A stretch of DNA of 64,000 nucleotides. Origin: Callorhinchus milii. Lineage: Eukaryota. Of the stretch, positions 37,506 to 50,659 are shown in pieces (the first letter of the stretch is position 1; each line of letters opens with the position of its first letter). Both the position numbers and the translations under genes were made by a program. The stretch spans positions 77,130,001 through 77,194,000 of the forward strand of contig NW_024704742.1 in the NCBI RefSeq assembly GCF_018977255.1, read 5' to 3'. Under the pieces are notes generated by a model. The model was not told the DNA's origin. It made no database searches and saw nothing but the letters and a program-made list of their open reading frames with translations.

Positions 37506-38444
37506 ATTGAGGACCTGAACTATACTTTTGATTGGAGAGAAGCCCCATGAATCTTCCTGGCATAGATCACAGTTCACTCGTGAGTGAACGAAGCCCTTCC
37601 AGTTTACCCATACATACACAATCTATAGTAAACTGGCCTGTGCTGGAAACCACTACATTGGCATGCTAGCACTAGTGAAGAGAAAACTGGACTCAGTTGG
37701 TGCTCAGCTGAATAAATAGGGCTGAGAGGAAAGGAAAGGAAGTTCATCAGTTTTTAAAATAAAAGGCAACTTCTCTCTGTAAAAACAAAATCCAAACTAG
37801 TATCCATGAGTACATGCACTCTCAGTGGCCTACTTAACTATATTTTGACCTATTCATGTAAAATGTGATTTTTTAAACTGAAAAGCCATCAATGTTTATA
37901 GCTCGATTGAAGTGCAGGCTGCTCAATAAATAATCATTTCATATAAATTGAATCCAACATAAATATTCCAAGGCAGCAGGACAAGTGGGCACAAGTTCAG
38001 GGTTGTGAAGGGCAAGTTTAGTACAGACATTCAGGAAGTACTTCTTTATACAGAGGATAACTGCCAGCTGGAATGGATTACCAGAGGCCACGAAAGGACT
38101 CATTTAAGAAGCGGCTTGATGCTGCAATATCTAGGCAGTAGAGCTGGTTTTCTGAAAGTCTAAGATCAAATGGGCCCAAAGCCTTTCTTCATCTAAACTT
38201 CATCTTCATCGTGTTACTGGGAATCCGAGTAGGTATGAAATGATGGCTTTCAGAATCCACCTTGATTGGTTTGCAGAAAGGTAAGCAGTTGCTTCAAGCT
38301 GTGCATTTCCAACTAGTGGAGCCATCAGTCAATGGGAAGGGATGTATGTCCAAAATCAGGAGAATGGTGGTCATGTTCTCATAGATCTTATGTTGAGTTG
38401 TGTTGGCCATCAGGAAGCTCACAGGGAGTTCTTGGTCCCTACTC

Positions 38445-39083
38445 TTACCCTGTGAGGGTTCAAACCTGTGCTTTGTCAGATGTCAAACGATCAACTAGTA
38501 ACAGTCCTCTTGGGGGTGGTGGGGGGGTAGAGGTAAATAACTTTCCTTGGGACTAATTTGCTTAGCAATGAAATATCAGAATCAACTCAACGCTCTGGGA
38601 TAATATTACTACTAATAAATAATAATGATCCTTGTATTTGATATAGCACCTTATCACATCATTGAGGCAGCTCAAAGCGCTTCACAGAATATACTATAAA
38701 ATGGATTGACTGTGTATTTTGTGGATGGTGGTCTTGGTAGTCCAGTTCTTCAGCCAGTCTGATGACAGATCTGCTAGCCTGGCCCTTTGGCTTCTATTAA
38801 CTCTGCCAAGTCAAAGGCCTAATGGGTAGGGTGATCTTAGCTGACAAGTAGTGGGAAGCTTGCCGTACAATGCTCTCAATGCCAAGTTATGAGGTTTCAG
38901 CTGGTTAAACTCCAGCAGTACCTTACACACACAATCTTGGGTCCATAAGGCTTGGCTCTCCCTAACCTGTGCCCAATATTCTCCAGAATTAGGTAAGCAC
39001 AATGCATACGCCATTCCAGATACAGGGAAATTTCCATGCATAAGTGGCATGTATATGTGGAACTCCGTTTGGTTTGGATATTC
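38445..39083 (+). repeat. Unclassified repeat, copy B (interrupted by a SINE tail at ~38620-38725)
   Basis: Colinear with 6571-7160. Confidence 0.72.
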
Positions 39084-39276
39084 TTAAAACATTGTGATGG
39101 GTTTCCATATGGGAGACACTTGGCTGAACCAGTATGTTTTTCTAAGATTAGGATTTAACTATTGACATCTAATTTAAATCCAAAGTTCAGCAGCAGGACT
39201 TTGAACATTACATTCTGCCCGTTAAGAGGCTCGTTTATGAAATAAGTATTACCAGGCTAGGAGGCTAAAGTGAAGT

Positions 39277-39856
39277 AGTCCCATAGCGCATTGGTTAGTG
39301 CGCTCACTTATCAATCGGAGGCCCCGGGTTCGATTCCCAGGTGGACCAAAAACTTAGGCAAGTTTCCTTACTCCATACATCTCTGTTTACCTAGCAGTAA
39401 ATAGAAACCCTGTTGTTAGTCGATTGGCGGATCGCTTTCCATGGGTAATAATCCCTCAAAAAATAAAAAAAATTGGTCACTCAATCCACGACTGCTTGTG
39501 GGACAATCCTTTGCGCAGTTGGCTGCTGAGTTTCACCTACAAAATACACAGTCAATCCACTTTGCAATATATTCTGTGAAGCACTTTGAGATGTCTCAAT
39601 GCCATAAGGCCCTATTTCAAACATGTGGGTTATTCTTCTTCTTCTTCTTCTTCCAAAAAACAAAACAATAATAAATTGGTCATTTTCAATCTACGACTGT
39701 TTGTGGGACATTGCTGTGCGCAATTGGCTGCCGCTTTCGCCCACAAATATACAGTCAATTCACTTTACAGTGTGTTCTGTGAAGCGCTTTGGGACGTCCT
39801 CCCGACGTGAAAAGCACTATATCAAATGCAAGGATTATTATTATTATTATTATTAT
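39277..39856 (+). mobile_element. Tandem SINEs: full long variant then headless young copy
   Basis: tRNA head with gggttcgattcc B-box; second module from ~39651. Confidence 0.87.
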
Positions 39857-40227
39857 GTACAAAATAATTATTAGACAAGGTCTGGAATGAAGAAATTATT
39901 TTTCTTTGGTATTCAGTGATACCAATTCATGGGAATTTAAGCCTTGTTTATATCTCACATTGAGAACCTGTCGTCTCAGAGAGCTCTGTTCATGCTGGAG
40001 CCTCGCTGTCAACACGGGCTGAAGAAGGTGGTTCACAACTTATCCGATTACCATCCTCACAGCATAAACAGGATGGATCTGTTACACTGGACTCGCTGCC
40101 CCTACAGTCTGTTAAAATCTCTTGGTCTGCCTGAGGGTCAACCCGTAAATATTGAAGGGATTGTTTTAAATATCCAGTCTCCACACATATTCTATAACAA
40201 TGTTTAAAAAGAAACAGTCACCTAAGC

Positions 40228-40427
40228 GGAGAAGTTCCATCCGTGTCTAGATATTTATGTACCAGTTCAGAATGTTTGGAATCTGGCAAATTCTTAAATA
40301 CAATCTTAATTTTAAATTTATCGACGGAAAGCCAGCTTCAAAGTTAAGATTAAATTCAATAACTTTCCAAATTCTGGTGCTTTGAAATGCTACATAGAGT
40401 AAATTGAGACACAGGTGAAATTTCTCC
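40228..40427. mobile_element. Palindromic MITE-like element
   Basis: Imperfect TIRs ggagaagttccatccgtgtct / agacacaggtgaaatttctcc; internal dyad symmetry. Confidence 0.65.
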
Positions 40428-41639
40428 CCATTACTGTTGTTCTGAACTTGTGCCATCGCTCAGAATGCCAGCCTGAGTAATGTGAAGCGGGGAATGTAAT
40501 CTCAGTTACCCACTCCGCTTCACTGAGCTGAGGGGAACGAAGCAGCTTTGCTCTCGCCAGAACAAGCACAACATTGGAAGGAAGCTGACTAAGAATCAAC
40601 TTATTTGAAGGATGCTTTTCTGGAACTGTGTTGCCGATGGCATCAGATTGCTGGTATTGGCAGGTGTGGGCCAGTTTGTTCTATGGTGAGCCAATAGCTT
40701 TTCTCCTTAAGTATAAGTTTACTTCGAATAGAACAGAGTAAATCATTGAATAGGTTTGCTTGTGAAACAGCTCCATCTTGCTTTGAGTTCTGAGCAGGCA
40801 ACGTTGCAAGACATAGATAAACTACATTTGATGGTATTCCATATGTTAGCATGACTAGAATCACTAATATGATTTTTAAAGAATAAATCTGCTTTTACTC
40901 ATGTAATTTTGGCAACAGTTTTGCTTCATGCTGTCCAGGAGGCAGGGTACACATCCATCATTGTTAAGGATTAAAAAAAGCCTCTTTATATAGGAAGTCA
41001 CAATTGAACCATATCTGATGATAACTCATGTTGGTAATGCAAGGCAGATGTGTCCTTCCAGTCACTCACGGATCACAGGAGCATGTTTGTTACTGAGCTT
41101 TAGAAAGATATTCTCTAAGTAAGGTATAATTAATAGTCAAGGATATCAACATATTAGAGCAATCTATCTCAGGAAGAAAAGAGTAAAGATTAGCTCCATT
41201 ATTTTATTTAAAATATCAGAATTGTCCGATTAGGGGAATTTCCAATTTTTTTATTTTTTCCAATTACCAAATATAATTATAATTATTTAATGAACAAACT
41301 AGAGAATCTTATTGGTACAGGTATTGGAACTTTTCAAATTCTTACCCCACCAGCCCCCCAACCCCCAGTCGAAAAATGCAAAAGACATATAAATTAGTAC
41401 CCTTTACCTATTTTGTAAGGAATTAGACATACTAGAAAAAATTTCTATTCCAGAAAGTTTAAGAGAATTCCCAACTGTCCACATATTTATGATACCCTCC
41501 TTGGCCAATCCCGTGGTTCAGGGGAGTGACAATTAACAATTCACAATTTACAACCGAGAAAAAGGCTATTCAGCCCATTGTATCTATGTTGGCTCTTTGA
41601 AAGAACAATCCATTCAATTGCCTTTCACTTACCTACTTG

Positions 41640-41965
41640 CCTCCATACTGACCCGTGCCCACCCTCTGCTTTAATCTCCGGCCCATTCCAGGTCCTGCCC
41701 TCCCCACCCCACCACCGGAGGTCGTGCCTTCAGCCATTCTGCCCCCACCCTTTAGAACTGTATCACACAGTCACTTTGCCTCGCCCCCTCCCTGCCTCCT
41801 TCAAGGCATGTCTCAAAACCCTCCTCTTTGATCGGGCCTTCAGTCACCCTCCCACCTCTACCCTCCCTGCCCTCTGCCCCTCTTGATCCCAACCCCCAGC
41901 TTGGGACCAAATCCTTGGGACAACCTTCTGACGTGAAAGATCCTCCCAACATACAAATGTCCATT
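41640..41965 (+). mobile_element. L2 3' end
   Basis: gccttcagc..ttcaaggcatgtctcaaaacc..ttgggacaaccttctgacgtgaaag. Confidence 0.8.
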
Positions 41966-41969
41966 ACCA

Positions 41970-42250
41970 CTGCAAATTATTCCTTTTTAGATATTGATTT
42001 ACTTCCTTCTTGAAAGCTAACACGGATTTTGCCCTCACCACCACACTTGACATCCTAACAACCCTCTGTAAAAAGAAATCCTTCTCATCTCCCCTTTTGT
42101 TCACTATCTTAAATTGATGCCTTCTGGTCACTAACCCACAAACCACTGGAAATAATTTCACCCCTGAATCTTCTCTGTTTCAGTGAATATAGGCCCAATT
42201 CCTCTGGTCTCTCCAACGAATCACATCTCAACTGTGTGAGCACTGGTATG
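41970..42250 (-). mobile_element. CR1 3' fragment
   Basis: LFPVVCGLVTRRHQFKI..FFLQRVVRM; ELGLYSLKQRRFRG. Confidence 0.75.
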
Positions 42251-44339
42251 ATTCTGAATACCAAAAAAAAAACACTTGCACAAAGTGAACAATTGTGTAG
42301 TGCCTCACTCCTAGCTTTTAAACCATTCATAATCTTTCAGAAGAAGTTATATTGTAGCTAATTAAAAAAAACTCTCTGCCTCTCTCTACATGTCTTAAAA
42401 AAATCCTCTCTATTAAAGAAAATTCTAGGGTGCACACACAAGGACTACCTCTGTCTTGCATGCATTCCAATCCTCCTCACTCTTGATCTCTCTCCCCCTC
42501 CCCAGGCACTGGTATCGGGAGGCCCTAAAAGAAATCCATGGTGTTGGAAGTCAAATGCAGTACTTCCTGTATATTGCTGCACGAAAAGGGCAGTCCCTGC
42601 ATCTGAGTGTCATTCCATGGAACATCACGTTTGTAAAACCTGGGAAGATCAGACGTGTCGAACCAGAGAAAGTCGTGAATGTTGAACCAGTAGGGCAGCC
42701 CTGCTTACGTGTGTAGCGCCAAGTCACATAACCCTGGCTCTAACCTGAGATGGTTTCAGAACCAAAGTTTTGCAAGTAAATGCGGAAGCTATCTGGAAAT
42801 AGGAATAGAAGAACAAAACCCCTTGGAGCAGTAGCTATTTCCCTCTTCCTGTCTGTTCCTGTGGGAAGTTTATGGATTTATCAGAAAGGTGGATTTCTGC
42901 ACTCACACAGTCACCAATATGAGCCTTAAGGTTAATTTTTATCTCAGTGTGTTTCTATGAAGACACCCGACCGATACGAGTGTTTTCTGACTTCCAGCAG
43001 GCTAAGCTCTCAGCCAACCCAGCTACGTGGCGTGAGCTTCAGCGACCTGTGTGGACAGTCTCCAGAAGTCAGGGAAGGTCAGATGGCCAGAAAAACAAAC
43101 AATTTGGGCAGTTGTTTGACTGCTCCCACTGGTTCTGTCAGATTCACCTTGCAGGGCAGCCGAGATGAATTTGGCAGAAGCCTGTAGAGACACCTTTAAT
43201 TGTATACTCTCCCTTCTAATATCAACATGAAATAAGTTGTTGCCCGGCCTCAAATAAAATGCCAGTCTGTAAATCAGCCATGAAGGGGGATCTTGAGTTG
43301 ACAATCTCTTATCCTCCTCTCCGCCCCCCTCACCCTCCGCCAGCCCCTCCCAGTTTTCTCTCTCCACCCCAGGAAATGCACTGCCTCTTTGCTGAGTGGC
43401 ATTGACAGACTGTGTGGGGACCCATGTTCTGTCACTCAGCTGTTAGTGCACCAATACACTGCCGAGCCAAGTTGCCTGCGTGCCCAGATTTTATTAATTG
43501 CCGTTGGTTTCCAGAAGCAATGGAGGTTTTTTTTTACCCCTTTTTGTTTAATCAGCATATGCAAGCACATGCTCAGGTTTCATGGCTTGCCTTCGTGCCT
43601 TTTGTAGCTCAGTGTGAATACAACACATGGCATCTGCTGGCACTTCTTTGGCACTTACTAGTGAGACATTCAGTTGAAGCAAATGGCATCTCTTGGTGGG
43701 CAATGTGCTGTGATGCCAAATGCTGCTTCCAGCAAATTCATTTAAAAAGCACAAGAACTGGAGGAAACATTTGAAGCATTTTCTTTCCCTTGTTCCCATT
43801 TCTCACAATCCCCTGACGTTAGAGACTTGTTTTCACAGATGATCTGTGAGATGAAGAGTTAGCGACTGTTTTATAGGGACTAGTCTCCCAGCTTGACAAC
43901 ACACTCCTATCTTATAGCAAATCCTAGAGAGGGAGAGAGAGAGAGGGTTTTTTCATACACAAAAGAAAAGTCATTTCTATTCAGATTATATGAGAAGGGA
44001 ACCCTGCACAGTCACCTCAAATCATAACAGTCTTGCCAAGAGCTGGGCACCAAACAAAAACCTCCAACAGATGGGGCAGAACTAATTAACCATATGCTTA
44101 GGTAACCCTTCAGAATCTGGGTTTGACGTTGAAAATAGTGCCGCAGGAGTATATATTTTGTTATTTCCTTTGTTCGCCCGTGTTTCTGCCTGCCTGTTGG
44201 GCCCAGGAACTAAATTCTAACCTCTATCGCTTATTTAACTGGGCATTGTAAAATTTGTTAGAGAAGGTGACTTTGCTTTAATTTTGCCTTTTAGCCTCGA
44301 CCCTCCTCTCCCCCACCCAAAGCTTTTGAATCAAGCCAG

Positions 44340-44680
44340 GCTTTGGTTCCGCAGCACTGGAAATCCTCCTAAACCTCGCCCAAGTGGCCATTCTTTGTGA
44401 GAGAACCAAGCCATTGAGGGTCGGCAGGCTTATCAATAGTAGATGGCATTACAATTAAGGTCAATCCTGCTTTCATTCCTTGTCCACGCATACACACATT
44501 TCAAAGGGGCCACTGGAAAGGAACCCAGGCTGATTCTCCTCTCCCTAGTCCATGGACACTCAGCCCAATAGACCTTTACTGGAATCAGCCAGCTCGGCAC
44601 AGACCGACAATCAAATGGCACCTTGTAGTCAGATTGGCTTAGTGTTGCACCAACTTGACCCATTGAACCATTGGGAAAGC
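44340..44680 (-). repeat. Old interspersed repeat, probably a separate SINE family
   Basis: gcccaagtggccattctt..cggcaggct..ggctgatt blocks recur at ~50880-51125 and ~62070-62195. Confidence 0.55.
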
Positions 44681-47600
44681 CCACTGTTTATGAACAGGTG
44701 GTGTGATGACCTGATTTATGCCATAACACACCAGACGTTAGCGTGATGAAAATGACATGAGATCTTCTGGGCTCTTTTCACTTTTTTTAAATCAGAGACA
44801 ATTGCTCTCATGGAAAATTTTGGACAGACTCCGTTCCTTGTCCAATTTCCCCTCAAAGGTCACTGCTGTGCCATTATATTGCCATGTTTTATGCCGGATC
44901 AGAATTATTTACTAAAGTGTAATTTATAAAGATGCACTTCTAGGTTTTACTGGTGTGTGGGGTTGCATTGCCACTATGTTAACCATCCCTTGTGTTGGTC
45001 ATCAGCAGGTGAGTTGCCTTTTGTGAGTTAATCCACCTTAGGATCCCGCTTCTTTACAATGTACAGCACAACCAAACCAAACTGAGCACAGCCACTTCAG
45101 ACATTTGATGCACTGCTATCTTTATTTCCAGATGAGTGGTCAACATTGTCTTATCCCTTCTGATCCATAATGCAGCAGCATTTCACTCACCTTCCATTTA
45201 CTGAGCTGAAAAAGTTGGTGTGTATGTGTGTTTTTCTCCACAACTATGTGCATTTGTCTGCGCATATATGTGTATGTGCCCATACGAGTGAGTATGTACT
45301 TGTGTGTTCATTTGTGTCCCGATGAATCTGGTGCGCGTGTGTGTGAGTGCACGTATGTATGTGATATATATAAATGTATGTGTATTATGCACCTAATAGA
45401 GAATCTACTTAAAGGATGCAAACCTTCCATCCTCCAGGAAGGACAGACACAGCACTTTGCTTCACTGCTGCATTCTGATAAGAAATAAATGACTGTAAAT
45501 TATATTTTAAAAGAAAAGACCCCCCTTTCCCAGTGTTAATCTGTTAATTAATCAGTTTTGTTAGTAGGAAGGGGAGGAAGTTTCATACTGTTTAATTGTG
45601 TGAATCAGTGCAGGATTGTACAACATTCATTGTTACCGTGCGTACAGGATGTTGAATCCTGTCGTTTTTGGAACATAAACCCCGTGTTTGACACCGTCTG
45701 TTGTTCCAGCATGCATAATATTTTCTTTGTTGTTCCGCTCGGACTGTATTGGAGAATCTGTATTTTTGACGCTCCAGTTACCTTGCTGCAAACCTCCATC
45801 CTTTTTCCTCATTTAGTTTAAGCAATGAGAGATAGTAAAATAAGTTGCACACACACACTAAAAACAAACGACAGATGGTCGGGGAGGCGTGAATTGCCAA
45901 TGTGTTTGCGGTGACTCATAGGCTTTGGGTTGGTGCCACTCATGCACAAACTGGCTCCAAACCAACTCGGGAGGATGGCACAGTAAATCAGTGCCAGCCG
46001 CCGTTGCTCTGTGCGTTGTCTCTCTCGTGTTCAGCAGACAGAGAGTTAATATTTTTGTGCAGGCTGATGTTAATCTGTTTTTATAACTGATGGGAATTTT
46101 TAATTAGAGTATGTGCCTCACATTCAAAAACCATCCCTTTGTTCTTCATTTAGAAGAATGACTTCAGGGAGTATAAACTTAGCTTTGATGAGGAGAAAAG
46201 CAACCCTTTTTATCTCGAACGGGCAACGTGTAGTACAATGTCTCTAGTCACAGCAACAAAGGGGGCCTTATACACTTTTGCTCGCTGGCAAGCTTAAAAC
46301 TAGAGGCTTGGTAATAGAGGACGGAAGACGTCTTTGTCTGGGTGGAAATAAAGAACAATTCAAGAGAAGAGTGAGCAGGAGGCTCACACTTAAACCTGCC
46401 TATGACCCTGACTGACAGGTATTCAGCTCTGGGCAGCAGAAGGGCAAGCTGCAATGGCAATGGAATTCATTATCCATCCTGGAGAATGTTCACTTAGCGA
46501 GAAGGCTGCGATTGTTTCACAAGAGTAAGGAAGACTCTCACTCCCTTCCTTCCCTCTGTGCTCAGTTACTTAAGCTTTCCTTACATAGCCAGGTGGAGGG
46601 AATTTGGCCTTGCTCAGAGACAATATCCCTTTTGTTCTGCGCACATACCCCAAATTTAATAAGCAGTCTCAGTCCGCTGAGAAATTTCCCAGTAGAATTT
46701 AACCCTTTCTGCTGCAATACTAACTCTTCATACTACAAAAACGCTGCCAGTGGAGTACACACTTGTATGGTTTGGCTCTGCTTCAGAAAACCATCCACAA
46801 ATAATTTGAAAAGGGAATTACATGGACATTTACAAAGAGGAATGTTCCAGAATATGAGGAGTAAACAGGAGAGTGAAATTAAATCAGATGACCCATGGAG
46901 TAAAAACACCAGCGTAGACTAGATAGGGATGAGAATGATCGAATGGCCCGTTTCTGAGCTGCAACATTCTATGAAAGGCTTAACTCATGGGGATGTGGAG
47001 AACTTCACCAAGGTGCAGATTTAATAGGAGCACATTTTATCCTGAGATATTTTGCGTGTACCTGGTTTGGACACATTCAAAATGTGATCAATATGTGTTG
47101 TCATCCTGTACCGAGATTTGAAAAATACCTCTTCCAAACACGTCCTCCACTGCCAGTGCTTTTGTGATCATAATAATTTTTGCATTTGATATAGCGCCTT
47201 ATCACATCATTGAGACCTCTCAAAGCATTTCAGAATATATTGTAAAGTGAATTGACTGTGTATTTTTGTGGCGAAACGCGGCAGGCAATTGCACACAGCT
47301 GTCCCACAAATAGTCGTGGATTGAGTGACCATTTGTTTTGACCGTTTATTAAATTTGGGGGTGTGCATTGCAAAAGCTATATCAAATCATTGTTATTATT
47401 ATGATGGTTCTTCATCTGCTGAAAGATGGCAGCAATTCTTGATACAAATTCTTGGTGAACTAGATATGAACTATATTTCATGTAGGAATGTATTGATCAA
47501 GTAATAACAACTGTACTTCCTTCTGCTCATCTCTACTGTTTTACCGGTTCCATAATGCAGTTTGATAGAATTCAATGAAAGCTATAATAGAATACAATTG

Positions 47601-47869
47601 ATCATCATTCCAAAATTCACCTACAAAATATAGTCACTACACTTTACAGTAAAATCCTGCAAAGCTCTTTGAGATGCCCTTCAAAAGTGAAAGATGCTAA
47701 ATGCAATGAGGCAAACACAAGGATTATTATTATAAAAGATGGCCAAAAACTTTTATCTTCTAAATTCTATTTTGTTTACTTCAACTCCAGATGTTTCGAT
47801 CATTTCAGGGAGGAAGGCAAGAATGATGGGATTACTGTAGAAAGCGTGATAGGGACAACTTCAGTAACC

Positions 47870-48200
47870 TTTTTCAATCTCTCTGCTTGGCAGGCACTGG
47901 CCTGTTCCATGTCCCCTGCCCTGCCTGCTCTACCATCAGTGGTTGGGCCTTCAGCCTTACTGCCCCCACCCTCTGGAACTTCATCCCAGAGCTCCTTTGC
48001 CCTGCCCTCCCTTGCCTTCTTCAAGGCCCGTCTCAAGACCTCCCTCTTCAACTGTGCCTTCGGTCATCTTCACACCCCCACCCCCTAGCTATCCACCCCT
48101 CTTGATTCCAACTCCCAGCTCCCTTTCAGTATCAGCAATTTGGGATGTCCACCCCACGTGAAAGGCGTTATATAAATGCAGTTTGTTGTTGTTATTGTTG
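47870..48200 (+). mobile_element. L2 3' end
   Basis: ttcaaggcccgtctcaagacc; tail cgtgaaaggcgttatataaatgcag(ttg)n. Confidence 0.85.
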
Positions 48201-48333
48201 TACCTATTGCCAAAGTAACACTGAATTACTCCCCCACACACACTACTTGGGATGATATCTTCAACCCTGTAAGCCATAGCTCCAACGAATAAATACTGGG
48301 TTGCGGGTTACTAATTTGTAATGGGGGAAGCAA

Positions 48334-48725
48334 GTGTCAGCTTACCTGAGTTGGTAGCAGTTTCATTAGAGTCAGAAGATTGAGAGTTCACGCCCCACAT
48401 TGGGACTTTGAACTCATAATCTAGGCTCATACTGCAAAACCAAGTTACAAAATGCAGTGTATTTTTGAAAATGTCGTCCCTCAGATCAGAAGTTAAACCG
48501 AGGTCTGGCTGTCGGTACAGGTGGACGTTAACATGGCTGTTGTGGGACAGAGAAATTTATGGCATAGAAGAAAACTATTCGGGACATTTCTGCGCTCAAA
48601 TTGTCTGCCACATTCACCTAAAAAATACACAGTTACTGCACTTTACAGAAAATCCTGTGAAGCACTTTGAGGTGTCCTCCCCTACATGAAAGGCACTATA
48701 TGAAAATGAGGAATATTGATTATTA
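48334..48725 (+). mobile_element. DeuSINE-type SINE with internal deletion
   Basis: Head gtgtcagcttacctgagttggtagc; gttaaaccgaggtc core; L2-like tail. Confidence 0.75.
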
Positions 48726-49214
48726 TTTAGGATTAATATTAGCATGTTACTGGCACAATGAGCCCGGTGCCTCCTGTGATGAATATACAACGTTCAGTCT
48801 TCTCCTCAAAGTCACGGGAATGGAGTAAAATGTAAACACCAGTGTTTGACTTCAATCAAACTGAGTTTTGCCACAAGGACACCTTTTAACAATGAAATAC
48901 TTACAAAGTGTTACAGTTATCTTTAGCATCATTTTTATTTGATCGGTCATTGATTGAAAAATCTTTCTTCTAGTAATGAGTAGCAATAACACTGTTAGGT
49001 GGGGATTACCTGGGATCATGAAAAGAGGGAGCTGAACTGCCCCTAGGGGTTGGAATGCATTTCCATTGATAGATATTTAACTCCGTAACATTTAGACTTA
49101 ATATCTGGACCTCTAAAGATGTTATAAGCACTTATACAAAAAAACCTAATAATCGGACAGAATGAAAGAAAAAAAGAAATTGCACTTTTGTATGCCTTAT
49201 ATCTAAACGTCTCA

Positions 49215-49430
49215 AAGGACTCAATCTGGAATGCACTGCCTGAAAGGGTGGTGGAAGCAATTTCGATAGCAGCTTTCAAAAGGGAATTGGATATGTAGTT
49301 GCAAAGGAAAAATTTGCAGGGCTATGGAGTAAGAGTGGCGGAATGAGGCTAATCGAATAGCTCTGTCAAAGAGCCGGCACAGGCATGATGGGCCGAATGG
49401 CCTCCTACTGTGTTGTAAGATTCTATGACT
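49215..49430 (+). mobile_element. CR1 3' end
   Basis: tggaatgcactgcctgaaagggtggtggaagca..gggccgaatggcctcct..ttctatga. Confidence 0.85.
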
Positions 49431-49439
49431 TCATTGTAA

Positions 49440-49968
49440 TAACTGTCAGGTTTAGTTACTGTGTTTTGCAGGTAAACACAGTGGCCATTTTTACACATAG
49501 TAAGGACCCACAAATAGCTATGAGATGAATGATTCATCTTATCGAGACAATTAGTGGTTGATTCACCGGGAGTAACTCCGTTCTCTTCTTAAATAGGGTC
49601 ATGAGATCTTTAATGTCCACCTGAACAGGCAGACAGGATCTCAGTTTACGTCTCATCTGATTCCTATTGCAACAACATATCATCACTAGGGTAAAATTAG
49701 CCTGTCTTAAGCTGGGGTTTACCCAGCTCACATTCCCTATCAGTGGGTGAACAATCCAACACTTGGTGAAATCTGCTTCACACTGATGGGAAAAGCTGTC
49801 ATCGAAGGATAAAAAATCAATATTGCTATGAATACTCTGATAATCCAATGCTCCCCCAAATATGATATCAACATGTCAGCCTAAACTACAAGCTCAAAGC
49901 CTTCACTGTGAGCTCAAGTCCTGATGTTGGTTTTGAACCCACAACCTTCCACTCCAGAGACAGCAAAG
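49440..49968 (-). mobile_element. DeuSINE-type SINE hosting a 28S rRNA fragment
   Basis: gtcatgagatctttaatgtccacctgaacaggcagac core on the left; ttgaacccacaaccttc (B-box reverse complement) on the right. Confidence 0.75.
49659..49834 (-). pseudogene. Decayed 28S (LSU) rRNA fragment, 3' domain V/VI region
   Basis: Matches from memory the reverse complement of eukaryotic 28S: ttgcaacaac.atcatca.tagggtaaaa..acccagctcac.ttccctat.agtgggtgaacaatccaac.cttggtgaa..ctgcttcaca.tgat.ggaa.agc...catcgaaggat.aaaaa......gctatgaa. Confidence 0.9.
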
Positions 49969-50659
49969 NAAAAAAAGATAATGCTCATAATGTTTTGCAA
50001 GGTTTTTTTTGTTTTAAGGGTCCCAATGGTGAGACTCAATCCTGAGACAGTTTAAATATAATGTAGTTGGAAACAAGACACCAGACATAGTGCTAGTAAG
50101 CCACATCAGGTTGCAAATTGCCATCACTACTGATAGCAGGTTAGGCTGAATTAAGATATTACCATAATCATTCAGCTTTTCCACCCTTCCCAGCAGGACT
50201 TCAGTGACTATTTAAGCTCATGCTTGAAATTCAATGACAGCAACTCAATCCATTTGACTGAGCGAGACTTGTAAAATGATTCTGTGCAATGAACTCAGCT
50301 TTGGAAGCTGTTCAATGCACAGGACTTGCTGTGAATATTGAGGTGTGTACTGCAAACCAAGTGCAGAGCAAGAGGACAAGCTCCTAGGCTACTCATTGCA
50401 CTAACATGACAAGCACCATGGAGACTCCTACACAGGAACAGAGTTGGGAGTCAGGGGAACATCATACCAGAAACCCTATGGCTTCTTGCTCTTTCACTCA
50501 CTGCTTTGACCAATTCATCTTAAAGGCTGACAGACACTTTTAAGTTCTCAAAATTAAGGTGAAATTAATTTGCCAAATTTCTGCACTCTCTCAAATGCTA
50601 AGAAAATAGCGTTGGAGAGAAACTCTACATGGTCAAGATTTCCTGTTTATCCAAGATCT

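Noticed and set aside
42947..43187. Possible exon after ttttatctcag
   Set aside because: No recognisable protein in any frame and no convincing donor; a non-coding exon cannot be excluded
49659..49834. Functional rRNA gene or rDNA unit
   Set aside because: Short, diverged at normally invariant positions, and no flanking rDNA
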